A stretch of 64,000 nt of DNA. Origin: Candidatus Poseidoniaceae archaeon (GTDB taxonomy: Archaea; Thermoplasmatota; Poseidoniia; Poseidoniales; Poseidoniaceae). The stretch is from assembly GCA_949373075.1 (NCBI GenBank), contig CASIBX010000008.1, positions 985 to 64,984 on the forward strand, read 5' to 3'. Position 1 is the stretch's first letter; each line of letters begins with the position of its first letter. The notes beneath the pieces were generated by a model. That model ran no database searches. It saw only the letters and a program-made list of their open reading frames with translations, and had not been told where the DNA came from. This document shows, in pieces, positions 46,004 to 55,060 of the stretch. Both the position numbers and the translations under genes were made by a program.

Positions 46004-47035
46004 ATGCGACAGGAAGAGATGATGGCAGGTGATTGGGTTCTCGGTATTGAATCGACCGCACATACCTTTTCGTTTGGATTGGTAGATGGTAAAGGAAGTC
46101 CTAAGCCATCTGCATCTGACACACTACGTCCAACTGAAGGTGGCATACATCCAAGAGAGGCTGCAGACCATCATGTCGAGTTATCCTCTGTTTTGTTAAA
46201 CAGAATTCTTTGTGATAATGATTTGAAAACTTCAGATATTGGAGCCGTTGCATATTCGCAAGGGCCAGGGATGGGAGCATGCTTGCGAACAGGTGCGGCT
46301 GCTGCAAGGGCGATTTCATCTCATCTTGATGTTCCATTAATTGGCGTAAATCACTGTGTTGCCCATATTGAAATTGGAAGAGAACAGTGCGGATGTGATG
46401 ATCCGATTTTGCTATACGTAAGTGGTGGCAACACTCAGGTTATTGCCAGATTGGATGGCAGATATCGTGTGTTGGGAGAGACTCTCGATATAGGAATTGG
46501 GAATATGCTTGACAAATTCGCAAGGAACCATGGTATTCCGTTCCCTGGTGGTCCAGTTATCGAGAAAAAGGCCCTTGAATATTTGTCAAAAAACCCAAAC
46601 CCGTCATTGCGAGGTTTGGAATTACCATATGCAGTTCATGGAATGGACTTGGCGTTCTCAGGTTTGATGAGTTCTGCAAACAAATTGGTTAGTCAAGGTA
46701 TGCCATTTGAGGCGGTTTGCTGGAGTTTACAAGAACATGCATTTGCGGCATGCATAGAAGTTGCTGAAAGAGCGCTTGCTCATACGGGTAAGACTGAGAT
46801 TCTTCTAGGCGGTGGAGTTGCATGTAATCAGAGATTGCGCGACATGTCTAGCATAATGTGCAGTGAAAGAGATGCAAGTAGTCACTGTCCTCCACGTATG
46901 TATTGTATTGACAATGGTACAATGATTGCAAGACTGGGATGGCTTGAAATTAATAGTGGAAGAGTAACATCACTCATAGAATCAGGCATAGACCAAGAAA
47001 TGCGAACAGACCAAACACCCATTTCGTGGGCTTGA
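46004..47035 (+). CDS. kae1: tRNA N6-adenosine threonylcarbamoyltransferase Kae1 (not fused to Bud32)
   Basis: LGIESTAHTFSFGLVD, GVNHCVAHIEIGR, YVSGGNTQV, GGGVACNQRLR. Confidence 0.92.
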   Translation: MRQEEMMAGDWVLGIESTAHTFSFGLVDGKGSPKPSASDTLRPTEGGIHPREAADHHVELSSVLLNRILCDNDLKTSDIGAVAYSQGPGMGACLRTGAAAARAISSHLDVPLIGVNHCVAHIEIGREQCGCDDPILLYVSGGNTQVIARLDGRYRVLGETLDIGIGNMLDKFARNHGIPFPGGPVIEKKALEYLSKNPNPSLRGLELPYAVHGMDLAFSGLMSSANKLVSQGMPFEAVCWSLQEHAFAACIEVAERALAHTGKTEILLGGGVACNQRLRDMSSIMCSERDASSHCPPRMYCIDNGTMIARLGWLEINSGRVTSLIESGIDQEMRTDQTPISWA

Positions 47036-47077
47036 GGGGATGCCAAGGGTTATGAGAGGCGGATAAGCCGCAACATT

Positions 47078-47944
47078 ATGAACGGGCGAAGGCGCAAGGA
47101 TGAGCCATTCAATCCATTTGCACCAAACGCTAGTCAGAAGTCCCGTGAAAGGAAGGAAAGGACCCAACGTCCACCTCCACGTACAAAGACTCCAGAGCCA
47201 GTCAAACAGTCAGATGACTTGGCAGCAAAGCAAAAAACGGCTATTGAAGCTTTGAAGCGAAAGAAGGAACTTGAAGAAAAGAAAGCTGCTGAAAAGGTTG
47301 CGCAAAATGTTGCGCAAAGTGTTGAACCAGTGGTACGAAAGAATCCTTCACCTCAGCCGAAGCAAGCCCCAAAGACTTCAATTAAAAAGCCAGATAGTAG
47401 GGAAGATAGGCTCGCTGCATTGCGCGCCAAGTCTGCAGCCACTGCACAATTTGCTAAAGATGCAAAAGATGCAAAGAAAGTTGGAGATATTGAAGAACTC
47501 GTAGTAGAAGTGGAAAAAATTGAAGCAAAACCTGCCGTTGAAATCGAGATCGTACCTGAAGAAGTTATTACTCCAGAGGTTGTAGTTGAAACTTCTACAT
47601 CAAATGTATTCAAGACAATTAAAACCGAAAAGAAAAAGGTTGACAGAAGGCCAAAAAGAAGGCGCCATGACAAAAAGGGTGGCGGAAGACAACCACAGTC
47701 AAGAAAATTAGATCGTCGCAAATATCTAGAATACAAATACGTCGCAAAAGATTTGCTAGACAATGAAGCTATTAGTGAAGAACACAGGTCAAATGTCTTG
47801 GGACAGATTTGGGCTAAGGGCGAACGTATAGGAGTGTCTGAGGCAATCGAATTCATTACTCAAAAAGAAGAAGAACTGATTATACCTGCAGAAGTTGCAG
47901 ATGAGTTTAGAAAAATCGTAAAGAGATATACGACTAAGAGATGA
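47078..47944 (+). CDS. very basic Lys/Arg/Pro-rich hypothetical protein with a ~75-aa structured C-terminal domain
   Basis: Low-complexity KRKKELEEKKAAEK..., RRPKRRRHDKKGGGRQ, then KYLEYKYVAKDLLDNEAISEEHRSNVLGQIWAKGERIGVSEAIEFI. I recognised no family. Confidence 0.5.
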   Translation: MNGRRRKDEPFNPFAPNASQKSRERKERTQRPPPRTKTPEPVKQSDDLAAKQKTAIEALKRKKELEEKKAAEKVAQNVAQSVEPVVRKNPSPQPKQAPKTSIKKPDSREDRLAALRAKSAATAQFAKDAKDAKKVGDIEELVVEVEKIEAKPAVEIEIVPEEVITPEVVVETSTSNVFKTIKTEKKKVDRRPKRRRHDKKGGGRQPQSRKLDRRKYLEYKYVAKDLLDNEAISEEHRSNVLGQIWAKGERIGVSEAIEFITQKEEELIIPAEVADEFRKIVKRYTTKR

Positions 47945-48423
47945 TAAATATGTCAGAAGTAAAAGATAACAAAGTTGCTAGCGTGCATTATACCGGAACT
48001 TTACCAGATAGCGGTGAAGTGTTTGACTCAAGCGAGGGAAGAGACCCACTAACATTCCTAGTAGGTCATAAGAACATGATACCTGGTTTCGAACGTGAAT
48101 TGATGGGCGCAAAGGTTGGAGATAAAGTTGAATTCACACTATCGGCTGAAGAGGCATACGGTGAACACAATCCCGATGCGATTCAACAAGTACCTACCGA
48201 CATGTTTGGCGACATCACCCCTGAAGTTGGAATGACATTGAATAGCGATATGGGACCATTCAGAGTTACAGTTGTAACAGCAGAATCCGTTACTGTAGAT
48301 TTCAATCATGCATTAGCAGGCCAAGCATTAACCTTCAATGTTGAAGTTGTCGAACTACGCGATGCATCTGAAGAAGAGATTAGTCATGGGCATGCTCATG
48401 GACCCGGCGGGCAAAACCACTGA
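47941..48423 (+). CDS. slyD: FKBP-type peptidyl-prolyl cis-trans isomerase (SlyD-like, His-rich tail)
   Basis: VHYTGTLPDSGEVFDSS...LTFLVGHKNMIPGFERELMG...DFNHALAGQALTFNVEVVEL...HGHAHGPGG. An alternative start is ATG 47950. Confidence 0.88.
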   Translation: MINMSEVKDNKVASVHYTGTLPDSGEVFDSSEGRDPLTFLVGHKNMIPGFERELMGAKVGDKVEFTLSAEEAYGEHNPDAIQQVPTDMFGDITPEVGMTLNSDMGPFRVTVVTAESVTVDFNHALAGQALTFNVEVVELRDASEEEISHGHAHGPGGQNH

Positions 48424-48436
48424 TGGAGACATCAAT

Positions 48437-49999
48437 ATGGCAAGCCAGCGAAGAGATGACTGGCGGACTCTCGGAGGTATTGAGGTTCCGAAAATAGCAG
48501 GACCTGATGTTTCAGGTACACCTCCTTACACCAGAGGAATTCACAACACAATGTATCGGTCCAGACTATGGACAATGCGGCAGTATGCAGGATTTAGCAG
48601 TGCAGAAGCAACTAATGAAAGATTCAAATTATTACTTGAAAGGGGACAAAAAGGCCTTTCAGTGGCTTTTGATCTTCCGACACAACTTGGGCTAGATGCT
48701 GATGATGAGATGAGTGAAGGCGAAGTTGGAAAAGTTGGAGTGTCTATTTCGTGTTTAGATGACATGAGGATATTATTTTCAGGAATTCCTTTGGATAAAG
48801 TTTCAACATCAATGACTATCAATGCTCCTGCAATGGTGTTACTAGCGATGTATGTTGCTGTTGCAGAAGAAAATGGAGTGAGTAGTTCACAGGTCAAGGG
48901 TACTATTCAAAATGACATTTTGAAGGAGTATATTGCTAGAGGCACGCATATATTCCCACCAGAACCATCAATGCGGCTGATTACAGATATCTTTGAATAT
49001 TGCGCAGAAGAGATACCCGAATGGAATACAATTTCTATATCGGGATACCACATTAGAGAAGCAGGCTCCACTGCAATTCAAGAAGTTGCATTTACAATTG
49101 CTAATGCATTGGCTTACGTCGAGGCTGCTGTTGAAAAGGGGCTAGACATAGACACATTCGGCCCAAGGCTTTCATTCTTCTTTAATTGTCATAATGACTT
49201 CTTTGAAGAAGCAAGTAAATTCAGAGCTGCTAGGAAATTATGGTATGACTTGATTACCGAAAGATATGCTCCTAAAAATCCCAAAAGCGCAATGCTAAGA
49301 TTCCACACCCAGGTTGCAGGAGTATCCCTAACCGCTCAGCAGCCAATGAATAACATAGCCAGAGTAACAATCCAAGCCCTCGCCGCAGTATGTGGGGGCA
49401 CACAGAGCTTACACACGAACTCGTATGATGAGGCATTGGGATTGCCAACAGAAGAAAGTGCTACTGTAGCCCTTAGAACTCAACAAATTATTGCTGAAGA
49501 AAGTGGAGCCGCAAATGTTGTTGACCCGCTGGGTGGATCTCACCTAGTAGAGATGCTAACAGATGAAATATATGAGAAATCAAAATCCAAGATTTTTGAA
49601 ATCGAGAAGATGGGTGGGGCTATGAAGTCCATTGAAGCTGGATTCCAACAAAGAGAAATTCACGAAGCCGCGTGGGACCACTTGAATCAAGTTGAATCTG
49701 GAGATAGAAAGATTGTAGGCGTCAATCATGGAGTTCTCGAAGAAGAAAAGATGCCTCCGGTTTTGAAACCAGATGCAGACTTAGGAATGCGACAGAAAGA
49801 GAAATTAGCCATTATACGCAAAAACCGAAATGGTGAAGCTGTTGAGGAGTCCCTTACTGCTATTCGAGTTGAGGCTGCAAATGAAACCAACTTATTCCCA
49901 TTAGTAATTGAGGCATTGAAGCACGACTGCACCCTAGGTGAAATTATTTCTGCCATGAAAGATGAATTTGGAACTTACATGGCTCCAAGCGGTTTTTAG
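48437..49999 (+). CDS. methylmalonyl-CoA mutase, catalytic (N-terminal) subunit; no B12-binding domain in this ORF
   Basis: PYTRGIH.TMYR..LWTMRQYAGF, GLSVAFDLPTQLG, and GTIQNDILKEY are MCM hallmarks. The ATG at 48437 is preferred. Confidence 0.92.
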   Translation: MASQRRDDWRTLGGIEVPKIAGPDVSGTPPYTRGIHNTMYRSRLWTMRQYAGFSSAEATNERFKLLLERGQKGLSVAFDLPTQLGLDADDEMSEGEVGKVGVSISCLDDMRILFSGIPLDKVSTSMTINAPAMVLLAMYVAVAEENGVSSSQVKGTIQNDILKEYIARGTHIFPPEPSMRLITDIFEYCAEEIPEWNTISISGYHIREAGSTAIQEVAFTIANALAYVEAAVEKGLDIDTFGPRLSFFFNCHNDFFEEASKFRAARKLWYDLITERYAPKNPKSAMLRFHTQVAGVSLTAQQPMNNIARVTIQALAAVCGGTQSLHTNSYDEALGLPTEESATVALRTQQIIAEESGAANVVDPLGGSHLVEMLTDEIYEKSKSKIFEIEKMGGAMKSIEAGFQQREIHEAAWDHLNQVESGDRKIVGVNHGVLEEEKMPPVLKPDADLGMRQKEKLAIIRKNRNGEAVEESLTAIRVEAANETNLFPLVIEALKHDCTLGEIISAMKDEFGTYMAPSGF

Positions 50000-50007
50000 G
50001 TGATTGA

Positions 50008-50421
50008 ATGAAGATATATCTCGACCATATTGGAATTGCATGTGACAATTTAGATGAATCGTCTGCATTCTGGAAACTTATTGGCTTGACACAAGGTGAA
50101 TCTGATGAGGTCGTTGAAGAACAGGGCGTTAAGACAAGGTTTTTCTCAACTAGCGAGAATGATCCAGGGACACCGATGGTTGAACTCCTTGAACCAACTA
50201 GTAGTGATACCCCGATTGGTAAATTTTTGGCAAAAAGAGGACCTGGTATCCAACAGTTGTGCTTTAGGGTAGAAGATTTGGAATCTATGATCTCACTATT
50301 ACTCGAAAATAATGTTACCATGATCGATGAGGTACCTAGAAAAGGTTCCCATGGAGCATTAATCGCTTTTGTACATCCTAAAAGTACAGGTGGAGTACTT
50401 GTAGAGTTGGCTCAAAAATAA
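50008..50421 (+). CDS. methylmalonyl-CoA epimerase (VOC/glyoxalase fold)
   Basis: LDHIGIACDNLDES...GPGIQQLCFRVEDL...AFVHPKSTGGVLVEL. It is adjacent to the mutase. Confidence 0.88.
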   Translation: MKIYLDHIGIACDNLDESSAFWKLIGLTQGESDEVVEEQGVKTRFFSTSENDPGTPMVELLEPTSSDTPIGKFLAKRGPGIQQLCFRVEDLESMISLLLENNVTMIDEVPRKGSHGALIAFVHPKSTGGVLVELAQK

Positions 50422-50509
50422 TCTCGCTAATATCCTAATCAATTGATTATGGCATTTTTGATTATCTTACTTGGACAATACTGTTCAATCAGAACATTGA
50501 GCCACTGTT

Positions 50510-51337
50510 ATGGGCGGACCTCTATTGACACTGACCGGGGTCGCTAAGAACTTCGGTGAAGTTGAAGCTTTGACCCATGTCGACTTGGAAATAAATCCAG
50601 GTCAGGTAATTGGATTAGTTGGCGGCAATGGGGCTGGGAAAACAACATTACTTCGACTTATGGCAGGGGTAATGGAGCCATCAAACGGTTCGATTTTATT
50701 TGGTACCAAACCGGTATCGACGATGCGAGCAAAATTGGGTGTTGTACCTGAATCCACCGGTTTGTATTCTAGACTGACAGCTTGGGAGAACATTCGATAC
50801 CATTCACGTATGTACGGCATATCTGATGAAGTCGCGTGGAATAGAGTATCACATTTTGCAAACCGCCTAGAGATCACTGAATCATTGTCAAGGCATACGA
50901 AAGGATTCAGCCGTGGGATGAGGCAAAAAACAGCATTATTACGAGCACTCGCACACGGCCCTGACATTCTATTATTGGATGAGCCAACAGCAGGGTTAGA
51001 CGTTACAAGTGCGAGAACTGTGCGTTCATTGGTAGGTCAATTAAGAGATGAAGGTGGAACGGTAATTTACAGTACACACCATTTGGCAGAAGCACAGCAA
51101 GTATGTGACAGAATAATAATTGTACACAATGGTACAATTAGGGCAGATGGTTCGCCTTCAGACTTACTAGAGATGACAGGAGATACCACTCTCGAGAATG
51201 CATATGTTTCATTGACGTCAGACAAAGCAAGGCCCAGAAATGAAGACAAATCGAAAGACGGGCGTTTGGCTAAATGGTGGAGAAGGTTCCTAACAGGAAG
51301 TACACCAGAACTCAAAGAGGTGGGAGAAGATGAATAA
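50510..51337 (+). CDS. ABC transporter ATP-binding protein (ABC-2 exporter type)
   Basis: GGNGAGKTTLLR (Walker A), FSRGMRQK (signature-like), LLLDEPTAGLD (Walker B). Confidence 0.92.
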   Translation: MGGPLLTLTGVAKNFGEVEALTHVDLEINPGQVIGLVGGNGAGKTTLLRLMAGVMEPSNGSILFGTKPVSTMRAKLGVVPESTGLYSRLTAWENIRYHSRMYGISDEVAWNRVSHFANRLEITESLSRHTKGFSRGMRQKTALLRALAHGPDILLLDEPTAGLDVTSARTVRSLVGQLRDEGGTVIYSTHHLAEAQQVCDRIIIVHNGTIRADGSPSDLLEMTGDTTLENAYVSLTSDKARPRNEDKSKDGRLAKWWRRFLTGSTPELKEVGEDE

Positions 51338-52547
51338 TTCATGGCGCTTCATTTCCACCATCGCAAAGAAGGAGATAATTGAGTTTGTAAGAGATTGGAG
51401 GACATTAATTGCTCTTATCGTGATACCTCTATTGATATTCCCTGCACTATTCATAGCTTTACCATTACTACTACAGTCTGAAGCGGCAGAACTTGATGCG
51501 CTAGAGTTAGATGTAATTTGGCAAGGAGACATCAATGAAGAGTTGGAAATGGCTTTCAATGAATCCGGGTTGAATGTAACCTTCGAAGCAATGCCTGGTG
51601 GACTAAACAATTTATCGGACACGGGAGAAGAGGATGATAGATTACGAACTGAGGGCATTGAGGCAATATTCAGGCTATCACAAAACGAAACAGAATGGCG
51701 CTTTTCAATACTTTATCTATCTACGAGTGAAGCATCAAATGAAGCACGAAACAGAATCTTAATCGATATTTCAGCATGGGAAAGTGACGTAGTTAACGGT
51801 ACTCTAGTTGAGGCTGGACTGGACCCTGAAACTACATTGGACCCAGTTATTTGGGATGGCGATGTTTCGAGTGCAGATGCCGCTACAAAAGGTGAACAAG
51901 CCGGTTTAGTACTCTCGATGTTCATACCGATGGTTATTGCCATATGGACAGCCTCTAGTGCCATCCAACCCTCGATAGACATGACTGCTGGAGAAAGGGA
52001 GAGAGGCACTCTTGAAGCATTGTTATGCTTACCATGCTCTCGAATGCAACTACTAGCAGGGAAATGGTTGGCTGTTGCCACCATCACCAGTGCTGGAGTT
52101 GCTATGCAAATTGGAGGGTTGTTATTTGCAATTTCGTTCTTAGCCTCATCCTCAATTATTGGAATGCCTACAATTTCACTGACAAGTATGCTGCTATTGC
52201 TAAGCGCAGTAATTATATTTGCAATAATGGTGGTAGCATTTGAACTTGCATTGGCCATGAAGGCACACAGTGTGAAAGAAGCAGGATCTTTACTTGGTCC
52301 AGCGATATTGTTCATTATTTTCCCAGCACTATTTACCCAGGTAATCAATCTTGATGGAATTGAATCTTGGTGGTTTGCAATACCATTGGTAAATATTCTA
52401 CTAGCATTGAGGGAACTACTACTTGACAGAATCATTGTTGAACATATTGTAGTCTGGCTACTTTCAAGTATATTCTATGCAGGGTTAGCTGCATGGTTTG
52501 CAGCTAGGCAGTTCAAGCGTGAAGACCTAGTAGCATCTATTTCTTGA
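51330..52547 (+). CDS. ABC-2 family permease (NatB-like, large extracytoplasmic loop)
   Basis: One N-terminal TM helix, a ~170-aa loop, then 5 TM helices. Overlaps the ATPase gene by 8 nt. Confidence 0.8.
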   Translation: MNNSWRFISTIAKKEIIEFVRDWRTLIALIVIPLLIFPALFIALPLLLQSEAAELDALELDVIWQGDINEELEMAFNESGLNVTFEAMPGGLNNLSDTGEEDDRLRTEGIEAIFRLSQNETEWRFSILYLSTSEASNEARNRILIDISAWESDVVNGTLVEAGLDPETTLDPVIWDGDVSSADAATKGEQAGLVLSMFIPMVIAIWTASSAIQPSIDMTAGERERGTLEALLCLPCSRMQLLAGKWLAVATITSAGVAMQIGGLLFAISFLASSSIIGMPTISLTSMLLLLSAVIIFAIMVVAFELALAMKAHSVKEAGSLLGPAILFIIFPALFTQVINLDGIESWWFAIPLVNILLALRELLLDRIIVEHIVVWLLSSIFYAGLAAWFAARQFKREDLVASIS

Positions 52548-52588
52548 AATAATACCTCGGTATTACCCTAGTAATACTATGCGAATAC

Positions 52589-52594
52589 TTATAT
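52589..52594 (+). promoter_or_regulatory. candidate TATA box (TTATAT) about 26 nt upstream of the RHH ATG, implying a leaderless transcript for the preQ0 operon
   Basis: aatacTTATATcgcatgcgcttgacgattgtacATG. The spacing is typical of archaeal TATA-to-TSS distance. Not verified. Confidence 0.3.
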
Positions 52595-52616
52595 CGCATG
52601 CGCTTGACGATTGTAC

Positions 52617-52793
52617 ATGCCTAAAGTTAGTTTAGATATGCCATCTCAATTACTTGAAGACATGAAGAACCATGTCGGAGATGACGGTAAGTTTGTCTCA
52701 GTAGCAGATGCGATTCGAACAGCGTGCAGGAAGTTGTTAGATCAATTAGATGCAATAGATGCACGCCATGGGCGCTTGGAGGACTCACAATGA
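52617..52793 (+). CDS. ribbon-helix-helix (CopG/Arc/MetJ-type) DNA-binding protein
   Basis: MPKVSLDMPSQLLEDMKNHVGDDGKFVSVADAIRTACRKLL shows the beta-strand/helix/helix pattern. Its stop overlaps the folE start (ATGA). Confidence 0.7.
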   Translation: MPKVSLDMPSQLLEDMKNHVGDDGKFVSVADAIRTACRKLLDQLDAIDARHGRLEDSQ

Positions 52794-53365
52794 GCACTAA
52801 AGAAGAAGCAATGCAAGCAGTGAAAGTAATTCTAGAATATATTGAAGAGTCTTCAGATAGAGAAGGGTTACAAAAAACACCAGAGAGAGTGATAAATTCT
52901 TTTGATGAAATCTATGCTGGTTACAGTATGGATGCAGAAGAAGTATTGTCTTCAACATTCAATGGAGAAGGTTATGATGGAATTGTCCTATTACGCGACA
53001 TTGAATTCCATTCAACCTGTGAACATCACCTTCAACCTTTCAAAGGGCGCGCACATGTAGCATACATCCCTACAGAGAGAATTGTAGGAATCAGTAAACT
53101 CGCACGTATCGTGGAGTTACACGCAAGAAGACTTCAGAATCAAGAACGTATTACAAAAGGCGTTGCTGATGACTTAGAAAATCATCTGAATCCGTTAGGA
53201 GCGGCTGTAATTATTGAAGCCGCTCACGGTTGCATGCAATGTAGAGGTGTGTCAAAGCAGAATGCTATTATGACCACCAGTGCGATGCGAGGAGTATTCT
53301 TTGAGATAAATGAAGCTCGTACAGAATTGATGCAACTTATTCAAAGTGGGCCATTATCAAATTGA
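52790..53365 (+). CDS. folE: GTP cyclohydrolase I (FolE type)
   Basis: GLQKTPERV..., HSTCEHHLQPF zinc site, ISKLARIVE...RLQNQERIT. Confidence 0.93.
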   Translation: MSTKEEAMQAVKVILEYIEESSDREGLQKTPERVINSFDEIYAGYSMDAEEVLSSTFNGEGYDGIVLLRDIEFHSTCEHHLQPFKGRAHVAYIPTERIVGISKLARIVELHARRLQNQERITKGVADDLENHLNPLGAAVIIEAAHGCMQCRGVSKQNAIMTTSAMRGVFFEINEARTELMQLIQSGPLSN

Positions 53366-53374
53366 AGTGATAAA

Positions 53375-53971
53375 ATGGTGTCTTACCCAATTGTAGAGAT
53401 TTTTCATTCCGTACAGGGTGAAGCATTTCATGCAGGGGTTCCTCATGTATTCATAAGATTTGGAAATTGTAATCTCCGGTGTGAATGGTGCGATACAGAC
53501 TTCTTGAAATATGAGGAGATGGAATTAGATGAAATTGTCGAAACGGTTCTATCTTACCAGTGTCAACGCGTTATATTCACAGGAGGAGAGCCGTGCCTGC
53601 AAGACTTGGTGACAATTGGTTCTGTATTGAAAAAACACGGAATCAATCTTTCTGTTGAAACAAATGGAACAATGGCAGTACCCGATATCATTGACTGGAT
53701 ATGTGTTTCACCTAAAGATCAGGTTTACCCAAATGTTTCAATCAAGCAGAGGGAAGGAGATGAATTGAAAGTAGTGTACTGTGGACAAGACCTATCACTT
53801 TATGATGATTTAAAAACAGGTTTCACTCACAGATTTATTCAACCATGTTACTTAGAAAATGATTCTGTTGAACAAAATGGCCGTAACTTTGCAAAAGTTG
53901 AAGAAATTGTCAAATCAACACCTGGTTGGAGATTATCTTTACAGACACACAAATGGATGGGGGTAGACTAA
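53375..53971 (+). CDS. queE: 7-carboxy-7-deazaguanine synthase QueE (radical SAM)
   Basis: EIFHSVQGEAFHAGVPHVFIRFGNCNLRCEWCDT. Confidence 0.9.
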   Translation: MVSYPIVEIFHSVQGEAFHAGVPHVFIRFGNCNLRCEWCDTDFLKYEEMELDEIVETVLSYQCQRVIFTGGEPCLQDLVTIGSVLKKHGINLSVETNGTMAVPDIIDWICVSPKDQVYPNVSIKQREGDELKVVYCGQDLSLYDDLKTGFTHRFIQPCYLENDSVEQNGRNFAKVEEIVKSTPGWRLSLQTHKWMGVD

Positions 53972-55059
53972 TGCGAGCAGTTATGGCATTGAGTGGAGGA
54001 ATGGACTCAACAGGACTACTAATCCGACTACTTGCTGATGGATACAAAGTGAGTTGTATATCATACGAGTATGGGCAGAAGCATAATGTCGAGTTAGAGA
54101 GGGCTTGTGCTAACATCAAATATTTAGAAGAAAATGGTTTTGAAGTAGAACATAGGATCGTAGATTTATCTTCAGCCATGAGTATATTTCATTCAGCGTT
54201 GACTAGTGAAGACATAGAAATTCCAGAAGGTCATTATGAAGAAGAGCAGATGAAGGCCACCGTAGTACCTAATCGAAATGCAATCTTTGCATCGATTGTT
54301 TATGGATATGCTCTCTCTGTGGCCATAAGAGAAAATATAGATGTTGTAATTGCACTAGGAGTACACTCCGGTGACCATGCAATATATCCAGATTGTAGAC
54401 CAGAATTCTATGATTCACTTGGAGAGGCTTTTGCAATAGGAAACTGGGACAGTGAAAAGGTATCATTTCACCTACCTTACATCGATGGTGACAAAGAATC
54501 AATACTACGTGATTCACTGATTTCCTGTAAAAAATTAAAACTCGATTTCAATAATGTATTTTCCAACACGATTACCTCATACAATCCTGATGAACAGGGA
54601 AGATCTAGTGGCACAAGTGGTGCTGATGTAGAACGGATTCTTGCATTCCATGCAATTGGTAGAAAAGACCCAGTTGAGTACATCACTTCATGGGAAACGG
54701 TTCTTGAGGGTGCTCTCAAATCTCAATTGAGACATTACGTAATGAAGAAGAATGGAACTGAACGTCCATTTACAGGCGAATATGACAAGCACTATGAAAA
54801 TGGTAAGTACCATTGTGCAGATTGCGACAAAGTTCTATTCACATCTGAAGACAAATTCGATTCTGGTTGTGGATGGCCAGCATTTAGTTCAGAGGAAAGT
54901 CAAGCCAATATCACTCAAGTAAAGGACGTTACACATGGAATGGTCCGAATAGAAGTTCGATGTTCTGAATGTGATTCCCATTTAGGCCATCTATTCCATG
55001 AATATAGTGGGCCGCGTTATTGCATAAATTCAATATGTTTAGATTTCAAAGGTGAGTAA
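53971..55059 (+). CDS. queC: 7-cyano-7-deazaguanine synthase QueC (zinc-binding Cys replaced) fused in frame to peptide-methionine (R)-S-oxide reductase MsrB
   Basis: N-terminus: MALSGGMDSTGLL PP-loop, VPNRNAIF. C-terminus: GTERPFTGEY...CADCD...SGCGWPAF...CSECDSHLGHLF...RYCINS, a complete SelR/MsrB domain. There is no stop or start codon at the junction (...GRKDPVEYITSWETVLEG...). Confidence 0.85.
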   Translation: MRAVMALSGGMDSTGLLIRLLADGYKVSCISYEYGQKHNVELERACANIKYLEENGFEVEHRIVDLSSAMSIFHSALTSEDIEIPEGHYEEEQMKATVVPNRNAIFASIVYGYALSVAIRENIDVVIALGVHSGDHAIYPDCRPEFYDSLGEAFAIGNWDSEKVSFHLPYIDGDKESILRDSLISCKKLKLDFNNVFSNTITSYNPDEQGRSSGTSGADVERILAFHAIGRKDPVEYITSWETVLEGALKSQLRHYVMKKNGTERPFTGEYDKHYENGKYHCADCDKVLFTSEDKFDSGCGWPAFSSEESQANITQVKDVTHGMVRIEVRCSECDSHLGHLFHEYSGPRYCINSICLDFKGE

Positions 55060-55060
55060 G

